From assembly GCA_036172245.1 (NCBI GenBank), contig JAYWIR010000010.1, positions 434,001-498,000 on the forward strand: 64,000 nucleotides of DNA, in the 5' to 3' direction. Shown here piece after piece: positions 12,378-24,600 of the stretch (its first letter is position 1; every line of letters starts with the position of its first letter). The position numbers were made by a program, and so were the translations under genes. Origin of the DNA: Raillietiella orientalis. Taxonomy: Eukaryota. Under the pieces are notes generated by a model. The model made no database searches. It saw nothing but the letters and a program-made list of their open reading frames with translations, and was not told the origin of the DNA.

Positions 12378-13268
12378 AAAGAACCTCCCCGGCCTCAGCA
12401 CTGCCCTTCCTCAGGGAACACCTGGGCAGTAACCAGCCGGCTAGATGGGAGATCCGATGGGAGATCGGTGGAAGAGCGAAGGAATGAGGTGGGTGGACCA
12501 CGGGTCAGCTCACGGATGCTGCGACAACAAGTGCCCCACCGAAAGGACTATTGCTCTAAGGCGAGCGGCTGCGAATCCTACAGGAAGGGTCTCCTCCTGA
12601 AGTGGTAGGGGGGCGACGTTGATGCTGCTGCACCGGGACCTCCCATGCAACGTCCTCCAATCTCACTGGACCCAGGAAACTGTGGACCCACACTGCTGCA
12701 GGTTCGGGGAGCGGGAATTTCAGCTCTCCCACTTGCTTGTAGACTGTGCTGCCCTGCGGCCCCTGCGCTTGCGTTACGCAACGGCCCTCGGTGCACCGAC
12801 GGACAATTCCAGGGACGCGATAAAGGGCCTCTTCGTGCGCGACGCCCTTTCGCCTGCCGCATCCCCAGCACCTCTCTGCTGCTGCCTACGTGGGGTTGTG
12901 GCGGCCTGGAGCTACGCGAGAGGAGGACGGCGAGAAAGGGACGCCGTCCGCTTCGTCCTGCGCTTCCTCCGAACGGCAGCAAGATGGCCCCGCCTGGGGA
13001 CATACTCGGAGGGCATCCTGGAAAGGGTGCAGAGGACGCCTTCCAGCTCCCTTCCCTAACCCTCCCATTTTTGTGTGCAAACAGTGTTTTGTTTTTATTT
13101 TTATTTTTGTTTGCCTCCCATCCCCCCCCCGCTGCCGAGGCGAACCTCACCGGCCTGCGTGCCGGTTCCGTGGCAGGTTCCGAGCATTTTCGGACATTGT
13201 AGGGCCGACGGTCCTAATATGTATGTTTATTTTTATCAATAAATGCCCCGGCGTGACCGGGTGATAAA
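12378..13268 (+). mobile_element. LINE 3'-end block, copy A of three near-identical ~890-bp copies (dead ORF2 C-terminus plus 3' UTR)
   Basis: LLHRDLPCNVLQSHWTQETVDPHCCRFGEREFQLSHLLVDC = degenerate zf-RVT; nearly identical to 34114-35003 and reverse complement of 36889-37778. Confidence 0.9.
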
Positions 13269-13689
13269 CAATTTAGGGATGAGTGGTTCTTCCTTTCGGA
13301 GCCCCGCAAAATTCTTCGCCTGCTCCCGAAGACTGGAACGCCTTCTTGATGTCCGATCTGTTGTTTCTCTCTCCCTCTCACTCAGAAAGGGTCGATCGTG
13401 GGACCTTTGGCGGCGCCAACGACGATTGGATTCAAATCGTCTTCCGTGGTCGCTCGGCAACCTCTTCGAGCTCCGCATTCCCTTCCAGAGAAGATGCCCG
13501 CGACGGCAATGCGCGCCGCGGCTGGCCTCAAATGCCGCAGCTGTGGAAGCAGCCAGATATCACCCGATGAAAACGTCAACGGCCGGGATTGGAAGTCGAC
13601 CCTCCGGAGTCCTTCAGAGTTCAAGGAGCCTTCGGGTAGTGAAAAGGGATGCGTCTCCTCCTTCTTGGTCGGCGAAACCCTTCGTCGCG

Positions 13690-13845
13690 TTCCATGGGGC
13701 TGGTCGATACCTCTCCAGATTGTAAGAAGCGCGCTGCTCCCTCCGGGGTTCTCTTCAGAGGAGGAAACTAGAAGCAGCCCCCTCCAGGGGACATCTCCTG
13801 AGAGGGAGGTGGGCTTCCTTTCAAGTTTCCCTCTCAAAAGGTAAG
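13690..13845 (-). repeat. Unidentified dispersed repeat family 2, copy b
   Basis: Reverse complement GAGAACCCCGGAGGGAGCAGCGCGCTTCTTACAATCTGGAGAGGT...CCATGG matches 38495-38601. Confidence 0.65.
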
Positions 13846-14396
13846 AAAGGTGAACGTGTTCTGCGTTACGGGGAATCCGCGTTATACGAACCCCCCTGGG
13901 TGAGCTGATGATTGGGTGCGCGCGCGTGGTTGCCATGCGGGGCTCGAGGAAGAACCTCGGCAAGAGACGTGGGGGAGGAGTGGGAGGCACCTTCTGGTCC
14001 TTCCTCCTTCGCCCCCACCCGCTCGTTTTGCTTCTTCTTCGGCTCTCCGCTCCGCGTTTCTTGCTGCCGGTGCGCATCCCGCTCGGATGGGTGCGCGGTG
14101 CCCTCTTCGGTGCGGCTTTGAGAAACTGCACGCCGTCCGCCGTCGGTGGAAACCACCGCCGGCCGCATCCAACCAGATGCTGCCGGATGGATTCAGGAGG
14201 TCGAAGCGCAGGTGGGGATCCGTTGGCGCCTAACGGGAGGCTCGCGCCCCCCGAGGGCCTTCCACCCTCGCCTCCAGTGGCTTCGAGCTACCCCGTGGAC
14301 GATCCGTCCACTTGCAAAACAAAACAAAAAAATCTATCAGAGATCCTCCCCTCTCCCTCTGCAGGGAAACACGGAAACGAAGAGCCAATGGATTCG

Positions 14397-15420
14397 CACC
14401 CGGGTGCTCCGGGGCGTTTCTTTCATGTAAAAAGAATAAATAAACAATAGTAGTCTCTGTGCTAGGACCGGTGGTCCAACCAACCACGACCATTTGAATG
14501 GGAACCTGCCGGGCTGCCGGCACGCAGACTGGTGGGTCCGCCTCGGCAGCAGAGGGGAGGGGGCAAACAAAAACACAAATAAATAAATAAATTGGAGAGG
14601 GAGTGTAGGAAGGTTCGCTTTCTGCTGGGGGCGGACCTCCGCATCCTTTCGAGGATGCTGGCAAGTCCACTCTGAGTACTTTCCAGGTGGGGCCATCTTG
14701 CTGCCATCCAAAATGAAGTGGACGGCGAAGTGGATGTGGCACCCCTGTCGCTCGGTCCTCCTCGCTCCAGGCAGCTACAATCTCGCGCAGGCAGTAGAGA
14801 GATGCTGACGAGGCTGCGTGGGAGGGGGACTCTTGAAGCGTTCCTGGAGTCGCCTCAGGGGGTTCCTAGGGTCGCGGCGAAGCGTTTCCAGAGGGGCCAG
14901 AGGGCAACCCAATCCGCAAGCAGGCGCGTAAGGGATTCACGTTCTCCGAACCTGTCACAGTTCGAGCCCACACACCCCCGTGTTGCCGGAAGGCGTTGCA
15001 CGGGAGACCACGGTGCAGCAACGTCAACGCGGACTCCTGCCGCTTCAAAGGGAGAGTGCGTCTGTCCAAGAGTACTGCGGTCCCTGTAGATCTTCCAGCT
15101 GAATCTCCAGCAGCTCGCTTTAGCGCAAAAGTCCTCGAGGTGGGGCTCTCTGGGTTGAAGCGTCCTTAAGCTGGCCCGTCGTCCAGTTCTCTTCTCCTGC
15201 CGGAGATATCCGCGGAGATCTTCGAGCCGGAAGGCTGCTGCCCATGTGTTCCCTCAGGCAGGGCAGTGCTGAGGCGAGGGAGGTTCTTCCTGCCCACGCG
15301 CTTCTTCCAGGATCTTGGAGGAACTCTCAGAGTGTAGTTGTGGCGCGAAGCGCCAACGGAGGGAGGATGGGAAGGGTACGGCTCGCAGTGGCCTTCGTCC
15401 GAACACCCGTCCCACCAGTC
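14397..15420 (-). mobile_element. Diverged LINE 3'-end copy D
   Basis: Minus strand: EEPPSPQHCPA*GNTWA...LPLKRQESALTLLHRGLPCN...CDRFGERESLTRLLADW; structured UTR 14506-14549; terminal CCCGG-AGCAC-CCGGG hairpin near 14400-14415. Confidence 0.85.
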
Positions 15421-18400
15421 CCAGGTCCGTTGTAAGGGGAGCACAGGAATCCCAGAAGGAAGAAGGTTCGAGTCCCATCCGGAGTCTCCCATCTTCCATT
15501 TTTCAATCACGGTGGGTGCCCGTAGAACGCGTCCTGCATCACAGGAATCCGCGTTATACGAACCCCCACGGGTCACGCTTTGACAAATCGATGGCACACT
15601 TACGAAATGTATCTCCAATGTCATAACAGTAGAATGTTTTACACGTTTGCGTCCCTTCAAAATAGAAGGAGAGGAAAACACACACACACACACACAAGCG
15701 ACTCCTAGGCGAAGAGTTGGATGTTTTTCGGGTTTGTTGCTATTTAGTCGGCTTAAAGAATTTATAGCTGCAGCTCCATCCTTCTCCAGGATGGCGAGAA
15801 TTCGAACGGAGCAGAATTCAATCCACTTCAGTCACGTGTTCGCGTTCCCCTGCTGGAGAAAAACGGCTCGGCTGGCACCTCACCGCGGAAGCAAGATTTA
15901 TCGACAGCGTCATACAGGGTTGATTTATCGCTCTGTGCGAGGACTGCCGGCATCTTTTCTGCCGCCTCGTACGGGGGTCCGCTGCGCCGCCCTTCCGAGT
16001 CGCCCCGTTCGCTCTGGTTGGTTCTTGGCGCGAGGGGTTCGACCTCTTCGGCTGGTCCGGCCACTTCCGCGCCCTTCCTCCTCGTTCCTGCCGCCCCTCG
16101 TCCCTTTGCGCCTCTTGCTCCGAAACGGAGAGGCCCCCTGCCCTCCCCGACGCAGGCAGACGAAGAGCCTCTCGAAGAGGGCTCGGCACTCCCTCTGGCA
16201 AACTCGGCTTCCTCGCGAAATTCCTGAGCTTCTTCTTCCTCCTCCTGCTGTTGCTGCTCGGATGCGGACGGTGGTCTCCTTATTCCGCCACACCGATAGG
16301 CTGCCAGGAAACCTGAGACCACGCTGATTTGCTGTTGACCTTTGGAAAAGTATTCCCCGCGACTTCGTGATGCGCCCTCCCCCCCCCTCCCCCATGCCTT
16401 CCGCGAGCAAGAAATTACGCGGCTGTTAGCTGCGAAGCGAACGGACCAGCGTGTCACGCGGGACGAGCCAGTCGGAGATGCAGGTGCATCAAAGCCGACG
16501 GCCACCAGACGGACGGCTGCCGGAGCAGCGGGTGGACGGAGGCGCACAGCGCCTCCCAGGGGCAGGCGGGAGCCCGGACTTCCCGCGAGAAGACTTCAGG
16601 CAGTCCCCAAACGGAACGCCGTGGCTGCTGCTGCTGCTGCTCCGTGGTCTGTGGGGACTGACCGGTGGGGAGGAGAAATCCTGCTGGTCCTATGCAACTG
16701 CGCTATGGCGGCGGCTTCGCAGGAGAAGAGCTGACCGCTCCATCATCACCGCCGCTTTGCGAGCGCCTACGGCGGGTTGAGGCGCCTGCGGCAGCAGCCT
16801 GGGAGGAGGAGGAAGAGGAAGAGCGTGCGGCTTGCGCTGGGTGGATGAGCCAAACGCAGGAAGAAAGCTCTTCGGGAGTGCGAAACCGCATCGGAGGCAA
16901 CTCGGTCTGCGAAACTGCAACCGACTTCCGGGTGTGCCGGAACGCGGGACACGGACGCCACGCCCTGCCCGACGGCTTGCGCGAGCCAAAAAAAAAAAAG
17001 AGAAAAAGGGTCATGTGTGTGTTGCTTTCCGGAGAAAACCGTCATCGAGAGACAAAACAAACAGCACCAGCGCCAGGAGTCGTAAGCGCGGATGGCCCTC
17101 CCGGCTGACTTCGTCTCGAGATCGGCACGTCACGTGACGGAGATGCGCGCGCGCGCGACGGGTGCGAAGTCGCTGGTTCGCGCCGCGGCGGCTCGCTCCC
17201 GCCCTGTGCTTGGCAGGATGCACGCGTGAGATCCATAATTCAAGGAAAAGAGCGGCAACCCTTGACCTGCGGGACTTGGGCGCTACGTTCAGGACGTCTC
17301 TTGCAGGGCGAGCTGCGACGCTTCTCCGAGCTCGGCTCCGGCTGCTGTGGCACCCGGTGGCGTCGGGGTGCGTATCGCGACTGCGGACGGTAAACAGACC
17401 GAAGAATAAAGAAGAGAACGCAGAAGGGGGCAGTGGTTCCTGCGAAAGTCGGAATCATTCTGGTTGCCCTGGCGAGGAGTGAGCTGACTTGTCGCTGAGG
17501 ACCGCCTTGGGGAAAGAAAGGAAAAGACACGAAAAAGAAGGGGGAAAAAGAAAGGAAGGAAATAAATAAATCGGTAACTTTTTATGAGTGGGATCACCGG
17601 TACGTCCCCCTGGGGTCTTTTTCAGAGTGCTATTCACCCTCAATTCCTCCAGGCAAGGGTCCCTGTCGCCCTCTCAAGAAGCAGGTCGTCGTGTAGATGG
17701 CGTTCCCTGTACGCCTCGTGAGCCTCGCGTCGCAAATGCGCCGTGGGGAAGAGAAGAGTTGCGATCTCTCCGGCAGGCAGCACTGCCCATCTCGCAAAGG
17801 GGCGCGCGTGCAGGCATGGCCTCCGGACTTGTCTCCTGGGAGTGTCAGGACGCTCGTCGGAGGGCAACGCAACCCACAAGCCGGAAGGATTCCACTGTGG
17901 GGCCACGCCTCCTCTCGCACTGTGGCGCCGGCCAGCGTTTGCGAGGGAGGCGCCCGATGCGACAGCAGCAACGTCGCCGAATGCTGGCACCTTAGAGGAG
18001 GATGGGTGCTGGCACGACCGCCGCGGAGATCTGCCGGTCTTCCGGGGCGGGGAAGCGTGGGGGGAGGGGGTCTTGGCTTTGGCAACGTTTCCCTCCACCT
18101 TCCTGCTCGTCCAGCTTCCGATAGATAGGAAGCGCCCCCCCAAAGAAAGAAAAAAAAGAAAAAAAAAAGGGAGGATGAAACTGGACTCCGCGAGCAAGGT
18201 GCGGAGCTTCCCCGACGTCCACTCCGATCACGAGAATCCGAGCATCGCGGGGCGGCACCGGCTCTCGGTTGTCAAGCAGACAAAGCGCCAGGTTATCTCG
18301 ATCCCGTGTGCACAACGAAGAACGCAGTGGTTGATCGATGTAGCACTTTCCTCGCACAGCCCGATCTCCGAAGCATCTTCCCCGCATCCAGCTCGTTAGT

Positions 18401-21224
18401 CCGCTTTCCCGAGCCGGGCAAGTGTCAGATTCCATCCCGCTCGCGAAGAGCTCCCATTTGTAAACTGCCCATCAACTGCTCCCAGCATTAAGCAAGACGT
18501 AATTTGACTTGGTTTCATTGGATGGGTTGCTTTTGTTACACAATGGCGTTTATTCCTTCGAGAAAAAGGTTCACAATATCCATTGTGTGTCGAGGGAAGG
18601 AGGAGAAGAAAGCAGGACAAACATTACTTGGAGTTTATCTATTTTTGATGCATAATGTATCGCTGCAACTAGTATTTGGTAGTCGTTCTATTTGCTGCTG
18701 GCGCTTGCGCAGGGTGCATCCTCGTGACGTGTTTTCATTCTACCTCGGGCTGCACTCGATTTCACCGCATTTTGAGCTCGCCGTGTTTTTCTCTTCTTTC
18801 TTTTTTTTTTTGGCACACCGTACTTTGCTTGCGCGACCATTCGAACTGTGGTCATTTTGCCACTTCGCTCCGGTCCAGAAGGACATAGGAAACACGGACG
18901 GAGAACACACTGCCGTTGCCCCTACGAACACTCAGGGCAACGCGGATTTTTCAGCAGCCGCGCGCGCACCCGATTCCCTCACGTCAGACGATCGTCATGG
19001 CAACCCCTTCCCCCTCCCCTCCCCCTCGGCAAGCGACAGCAATGGTCCTCGACAGAACCTCGCCGCTCTCCCCCCCTCCTGTCGCGCGCGGCGCGCCCCT
19101 CAGCCACAGGGAAGCTCGGCCCGGCAGCCCCCTGCCACTTCTCCGGGGCAGTCTCGGCCGCCGCGACGACGGCGAAAAACCTCTCCCCCCCTCATCCCTT
19201 CATCCTTCGTATTCCCCCCCCTCCCTCACGCGCGCGCACGTGCCAGCTTCCGAAGCACTGTCGCTCAGGGCTTTCCATTTCTCGACCCTGGTTGCGCGGC
19301 GGATGCACTGAGCGCGACGGGAACGCCTCGCTCCACACCGGACTTCCCGTCGCCGAGAGGCAGCGCCGCTCCCGAAACAGGGCTCCTGCACTTGGGATCA
19401 CCGCCGCCGCCCCGCTTCCGTGGTTATCGTGACGTTGCCGCCTGGAGGGAAGCAGCGCGAAGGAAAGAGGGGGTGGGGAGGAAGCACTCAGCGCCTCCCA
19501 GCGCATCTCGTAGGAAACCAACCCCGAGGAGAGTCCCCGTGGATGCAGGGGGGGGCTGAGAGCCGCCTGGAGTCGGGCGATGAGTCCTTGCGAGCGCTCC
19601 CAGCGTGCGGGGAGCGCCCCATTGTTCCCCACCCGCCCGCTGCTGCCGCGAAGAGATGCCTGGCCGCTGCTTGCCCCGGCGAAGAACGCGGGCGGCGGAG
19701 GAATGCAGAGGACGCTCGAGCTCCCCCCCTCTCCCCCCTCCCCCGCTGCTGCTGCTGCCGTCGCCGATCTCTCCGCACTGTCTGGGACCGCGCGAACGAG
19801 GGCACTCCGGGAGCGACGTCGACACGCTCGGCGCCGGTGGCGTTTTTCCCCCCAACGGCGCGGGTTCTCTCGCGTGGAACCCGGGGCGAGTCTACGACAT
19901 CTTCTCCCTCCCGACGGGAGACCATTAGCCGAAGGAAGGAATTCTCACGGGCAGCGAAGGAGGGTCCTCGTCGCCCGGAAGACCCCTCCTCCCTGGCCGA
20001 AGAGCAGGGAGGAAGCAACGCGATCATTTTGCTGGCAGGCGCCCGGAGGGGACGTGGACCGGCGAAGGGGCTGGGAAGGGAGCGCCCAGCGTCGCAGGAG
20101 ACGGACTGACGTCGGATGCGTCGTCGTCGGGTTGCCTGGCGGCTCGCGCCGGAAGCGCCGGCGAACCGCCGCCGCCTCCCGGAGTGCCAGGAGGCTGCGC
20201 CTTTCTCCTCCGGACGGCGCGGCCCGCGTCCGCAGCAATAAAAGGAAGAGGAGACGACAGGAAATGCCCTCGGGCACTCCGCGACTCCTGCTTCCCTTCG
20301 AGAGGGGACCTCGGTGCACCAAGGGGTGACCTGCTTTCGAACGCAGCCGCGCGGGGTCCTTTCGGCGACCATGGAAACAGCAGTGGCGGATGTCAGCTCC
20401 GCTCCCCAGGCGCTGCCGGCCAGCGCGCGCCGGAGCAACTCTCCAGCCAGCCGGGTCGCAGGTTCGCACAGGCGCAACTCGGACCTGAGACCCGGCCAGC
20501 TGGCACCGGCGGCCGGCTCCACCCTTCCACCTGGCGCTTGACCGAAGGGCGGAAGCCGTTGCCACCACCCCGTGCCGGAAGAGGCGCGGCAAAGGAAGAG
20601 CGGACGTCTGGCGGCGACGCGTCTCCTTGTCGCCACCGCCACCGGTGATGCGTGCGGCCGGGAGCGTCACGGAAGGATGTGGGCAAAGGTTGCTCAGGAA
20701 CGGGCCCCCCGGTGCCATTTCGATCGCGTTGGGCGTTTCCTTTCGCATGCTTTCCGAGCCGCGGGTGAATTCCGGCGGCCGACGGCGCTGGTCCGTGGCG
20801 TAGACCGGCGGCTCCTCGGGGCAGGGTGCTCTTCCTGGGGGAAAAGACGTGGCGCCGTCTGCGACCCTGCAGGCGCAGCTAGGGCGCCTCAGTACGCCAC
20901 GTCTCGTTCCACCCCCGCCCTGGTCCGCGCCGAGGTCACTGGCGACCACCTGCTGGCAGCGACGCCGCTGCTACCACCTCTCGAAGGACCCTGGACGGAG
21001 AAGGAAAAGAAGCCTCTTCGCGTAGCGGCGCCAGCACACAAGGTGAGCGGAAGGATGGCGACTCCTGAGGCAGCTGGCGCTCCAGCCGAATGCGACCCTT
21101 GAAGGGCAGAGGGAGGACGCTGCTCAAGCAGCGAGCACGCAGTGCTTTGGGTGCGCTGCAGAGGGGCTTCTGCAGGGCAACTGCCCATCGTTGGAAACGG
21201 GGATCCTCCCATCCCCTTGCTTAC

Positions 21225-21605
21225 ATTCCTTCCTCCCCTCCGCACCCTTTCCTTCTCCCCTTCCCTCCCTTCTTCCCCGTTCTTTTCTTTCTCCTCCTCT
21301 TCCCTCCCTTCTCCTACTGCATCGTGTCTCCTTACCCTTTTCCTCTCCCTTCCTTCTTCCTCTCTTCCTCCATTCCTTCCCTTCCCTCGTCCCCTCTACA
21401 CCCTTTCCCTCCCCCTCCTCCTCCTCCACTTCTTCCCTCCCCTCCTCCTCCTTTTTTTCCTTCTTTCCAGTTCCTCTCCTCTTCCCATCCTCCTCCTCTC
21501 CTTCCTTCCCCTTCCTCCTCTTCTTCTCTCTCCCCTCCTCTTTCTCATTTGCCCCTCTTCCACTTCCCTTGTTTCCTCCTCTTTTCCTCCTGATTCTTTC
21601 CTTCG
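21225..21605. repeat. Low-complexity polypyrimidine (CT/CCT) tract
   Basis: About 380 nt almost entirely C/T on the + strand. Confidence 0.9.
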
Positions 21606-24600
21606 TTGCTTCTTGGTCCTCCACCCGCAGCATCTCCCTCCCCACCTGACCACCACGGTGCGGTGGTGGTGAGGAGATGAAAAAGAAGGCGCCACCTCCA
21701 AGCGCCCGTCCCACGCGAGAAGGGTGAGGCGCCAAGCAACGCGGTGCGGCGGCAGCAGCCATCGCCGTGTCAGCTTGCGGAGGACCCACGTGGCGACTTG
21801 CCCTCGGCACATGGGCGCGGCTGGCGAGCGTTTTCGGGTCCCCCCACGGGACGCGCGAGACGTATTTCCCTTTGTTTTCTTCCCGGCAGGAAGGAAGCGC
21901 GTCAGCGGCAACCGCGGCCGGTTGCTGGGGGAAGCCCGGGGCGGGAGAGGATGGTCGGGAGCCCCGAGAAAGGGGTGGCGCGCGCGGGGCCGGAAAGGAT
22001 CACGGGGCGGGAAGGGGCTCATTCTCCTGCCTGCGGAAAAGGTCGCGAGGAGCCTCGCGGCGAGGTCAGCGGGAGCTTTCGCGACGCGGGGAGGAGCGGG
22101 GGACGTTCGGCGGGGGAGAGGTCCACGGCGCGGTCGCGCTCCGAAGCCCGGAGGCGGCAGCGAGCGCCCCGCGGGGCGAAGCGATCGAGGCCCGGGCGGC
22201 GGAGGTGAAAGCGAAAGGGCGGCGGGTGAGGCCGAGGCGGCGGACGCCATGCCGTGGCGCCCCGCGCAGGCGCGCCGCCGCTCCGGTTCCCACCGCGAGG
22301 ATGCGAGCCGCCGGACTTCCCGCGCGGAAAAGGAGCCGTCGGGGGAAGCCGTCGGTGGCTCTTTGCTTGGAAACCGAGGCGGTGGGGGGAGGGGGGCAAC
22401 CGCTTTCGTTGCCCGTTGCTCCGGTTTTCCAGTGCCCATCGGGCCGAGGGCTCCTCGATGTCCCGGTCGCTCATGTAGGAAGGAGACTCTGCAAGACGAC
22501 GGTCTCCCTCCGTGCTCCCTGACGCGCTCCTCTGCAACGGTCCGATTTCTCGCGCATCTCGCGAGCTGGACCACGGACGCCGGCCGGCGCGTCCGGAAGC
22601 CGCGCCTTCCCCCCCACCCCACTTTTTCGTTTCGTTTCGGCACTTTCGATAGCAGGGAGCCTCGCCTTCGGACGTGCTCGCCTCTCCCTCTTTCTGCGTG
22701 CAGGCGCGAGATGGTGCCAGTCCCATGGAAACGAAAGGGTTCGTTTCGTTTCTCGGCAGGACAACAATGCGGCCACCGCCACGTTCCCTCCCCCCCGCCC
22801 CCGCACCCCCCCCCCGCGCGCCAATTACGTCCCTGAATCGAAAGGGAACTACGAGGTCTCCGACCGAGCGCCGACGGAGCAATCAACGCGATTGCCATTT
22901 TAGAAAATAAATAAAACAAATGCATTAGAAAAAAAGGGACAGTTGCGTCGGGTAACTTCTCAGTGGGCTCGTGGACGGACGCACTGCTGAGCGCCGCACG
23001 AGGAGATGGTCTCACTCTACGCGTCCACCGACCCCCCGTTCGAAGGTGGGGTACACGAATCCTCCGCCGACATTCGGATTCCTCGTTCTCCCACCATCCT
23101 TTCCACCACGCAACCCTTTGGGAACGCCCCTCCCTCCTCCTCGTAAAACAATTAAAATGAAGATCGTGGACTCCGCTCATCTCGAAAGTTCATTCATCCG
23201 GTCCCTTGGAACAAAGGAGCCTCGGCGACGGATCTGGCGTTGGCGCGATCATCCGGCGGCGAGCCCGGGTTCCTCGTTCAGCATCCAGTCGATCATCATC
23301 ACCGCCATCATCACTTCCGAGTCTGCGCTCTTCCCGAGAACCCACGCGGGAGAGCCGCCGCGTGCGCTCGCCGCGGGCCGCTTCGGACGCGCAATCTGCG
23401 AAGGTTTTGCGTCAGGAAGAAGGGCGTCCCCATCCTGCCGGACCGAAGGTCGGTCCGGCAGGGAAGCGAACCTTCCGTGAAACGGGGAAGACGTGCGTTC
23501 GGGCCGGCGCTGAAACGCCCTGACCGTCACGCGACACGGCCCCTCCCCGTGCCGGATCCCTTGGGAGAGGCAGCTGGAGGGAACAACAACAGCAAACAAC
23601 CAAGCGAAAGCCGCTTGCGTTCGTCTGGACCGGACGCAGCTCGCCTGACCTCTTACCAGCTGATGTGTTCCCGCCACCGTCTTTGGTGTTCCGCCCGCTC
23701 GGGGTCACGCGCTGCCTTCCGAGCGAACTGGCCGTCAGCAGTTCCTGTCGGAGGAACGCACGTCGGGTCCTTTCGTCAGGGGCTCAGGGGGGAACCCGGA
23801 TGGTAAGGAGGAGGAGAAAAACACGCGATCCACTTCCCTGTGTCCACCCCCGTGGCGCAAAGAGGGTGGCCTCCAACTCGCTGCCAGTCGGGAATTCTGG
23901 TCCACTCTTTTCACCGATCGAACGCTTCGACCGCCTCCGTCAAGCGTTGCTCTCCTTCCTCACCGGATGGGTGGTGGATGAAGCACCGGGTGGACAGGCG
24001 ATCGCTTCTTCCTTTCCCAGTCGGTCCTCCTTGGTTTCAGGGACGGGTCTGCGTCCGGACCGGGCGTGTGGCGAACCCACCCTCAAGTAGCCGCGTCTTC
24101 GTCAAGGCGCGCTCCAAAGCGCGAAATGACCCGTGACCCTCGGGCTGAAACCCGCTGCTGCCTTCCTCTTCGATCTCTGCTATTCCGGCCCGACTGGTAC
24201 TTCCTCACGTCAGCAGTCTCAACGTCTCTCGGCGCGCCCCCGGAGCGAAGGCACCTGCGGGGGCGCCTGGATGGCCATGCGGCGCTCCCACATCTGAGTG
24301 TCGAGAGATGCGCGCCTCCATGTCCGTGCCTCTCTCGCAGGGAGGAGGAGAAAGATGAAGGGAGGAGGAGGAAGGGAGCGGCGTAAGTAAAACCGGGAAC
24401 CCAAGGACGGAGCAGGGCTGCAGCTTCGAGTCCCCCTGCCCATCACCAATCTCGGAGTGGCAGATCTCCGGATGGAGCGTTGCGCGCCGTCAACCCAAAC
24501 CGGACCGCAAGATCCGAAGAGAACCGGCGGCAGTCCGCGTGTCTCCGCTTGCCCTCGTCCACCTCCGTGATTCGTTGTGGAATGGGCCACTGCGGAAGGG

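Noticed and set aside
13149..13166. CUGCGU hexaloop as an iron-responsive element
   Set aside because: The IRE loop is CAGUGN with a bulged C five pairs below; neither is conserved here.
15424..15492. tRNA-like segment with GGTTCGAGTCCC
   Set aside because: T-arm and acceptor stems do not pair properly and there is no anticodon arm; lies next to minus-strand LINE debris.
21396..23180. 594-aa minus-strand ORF
   Set aside because: Runs through the CT-rich tract and GC-rich filler; no domain motifs.
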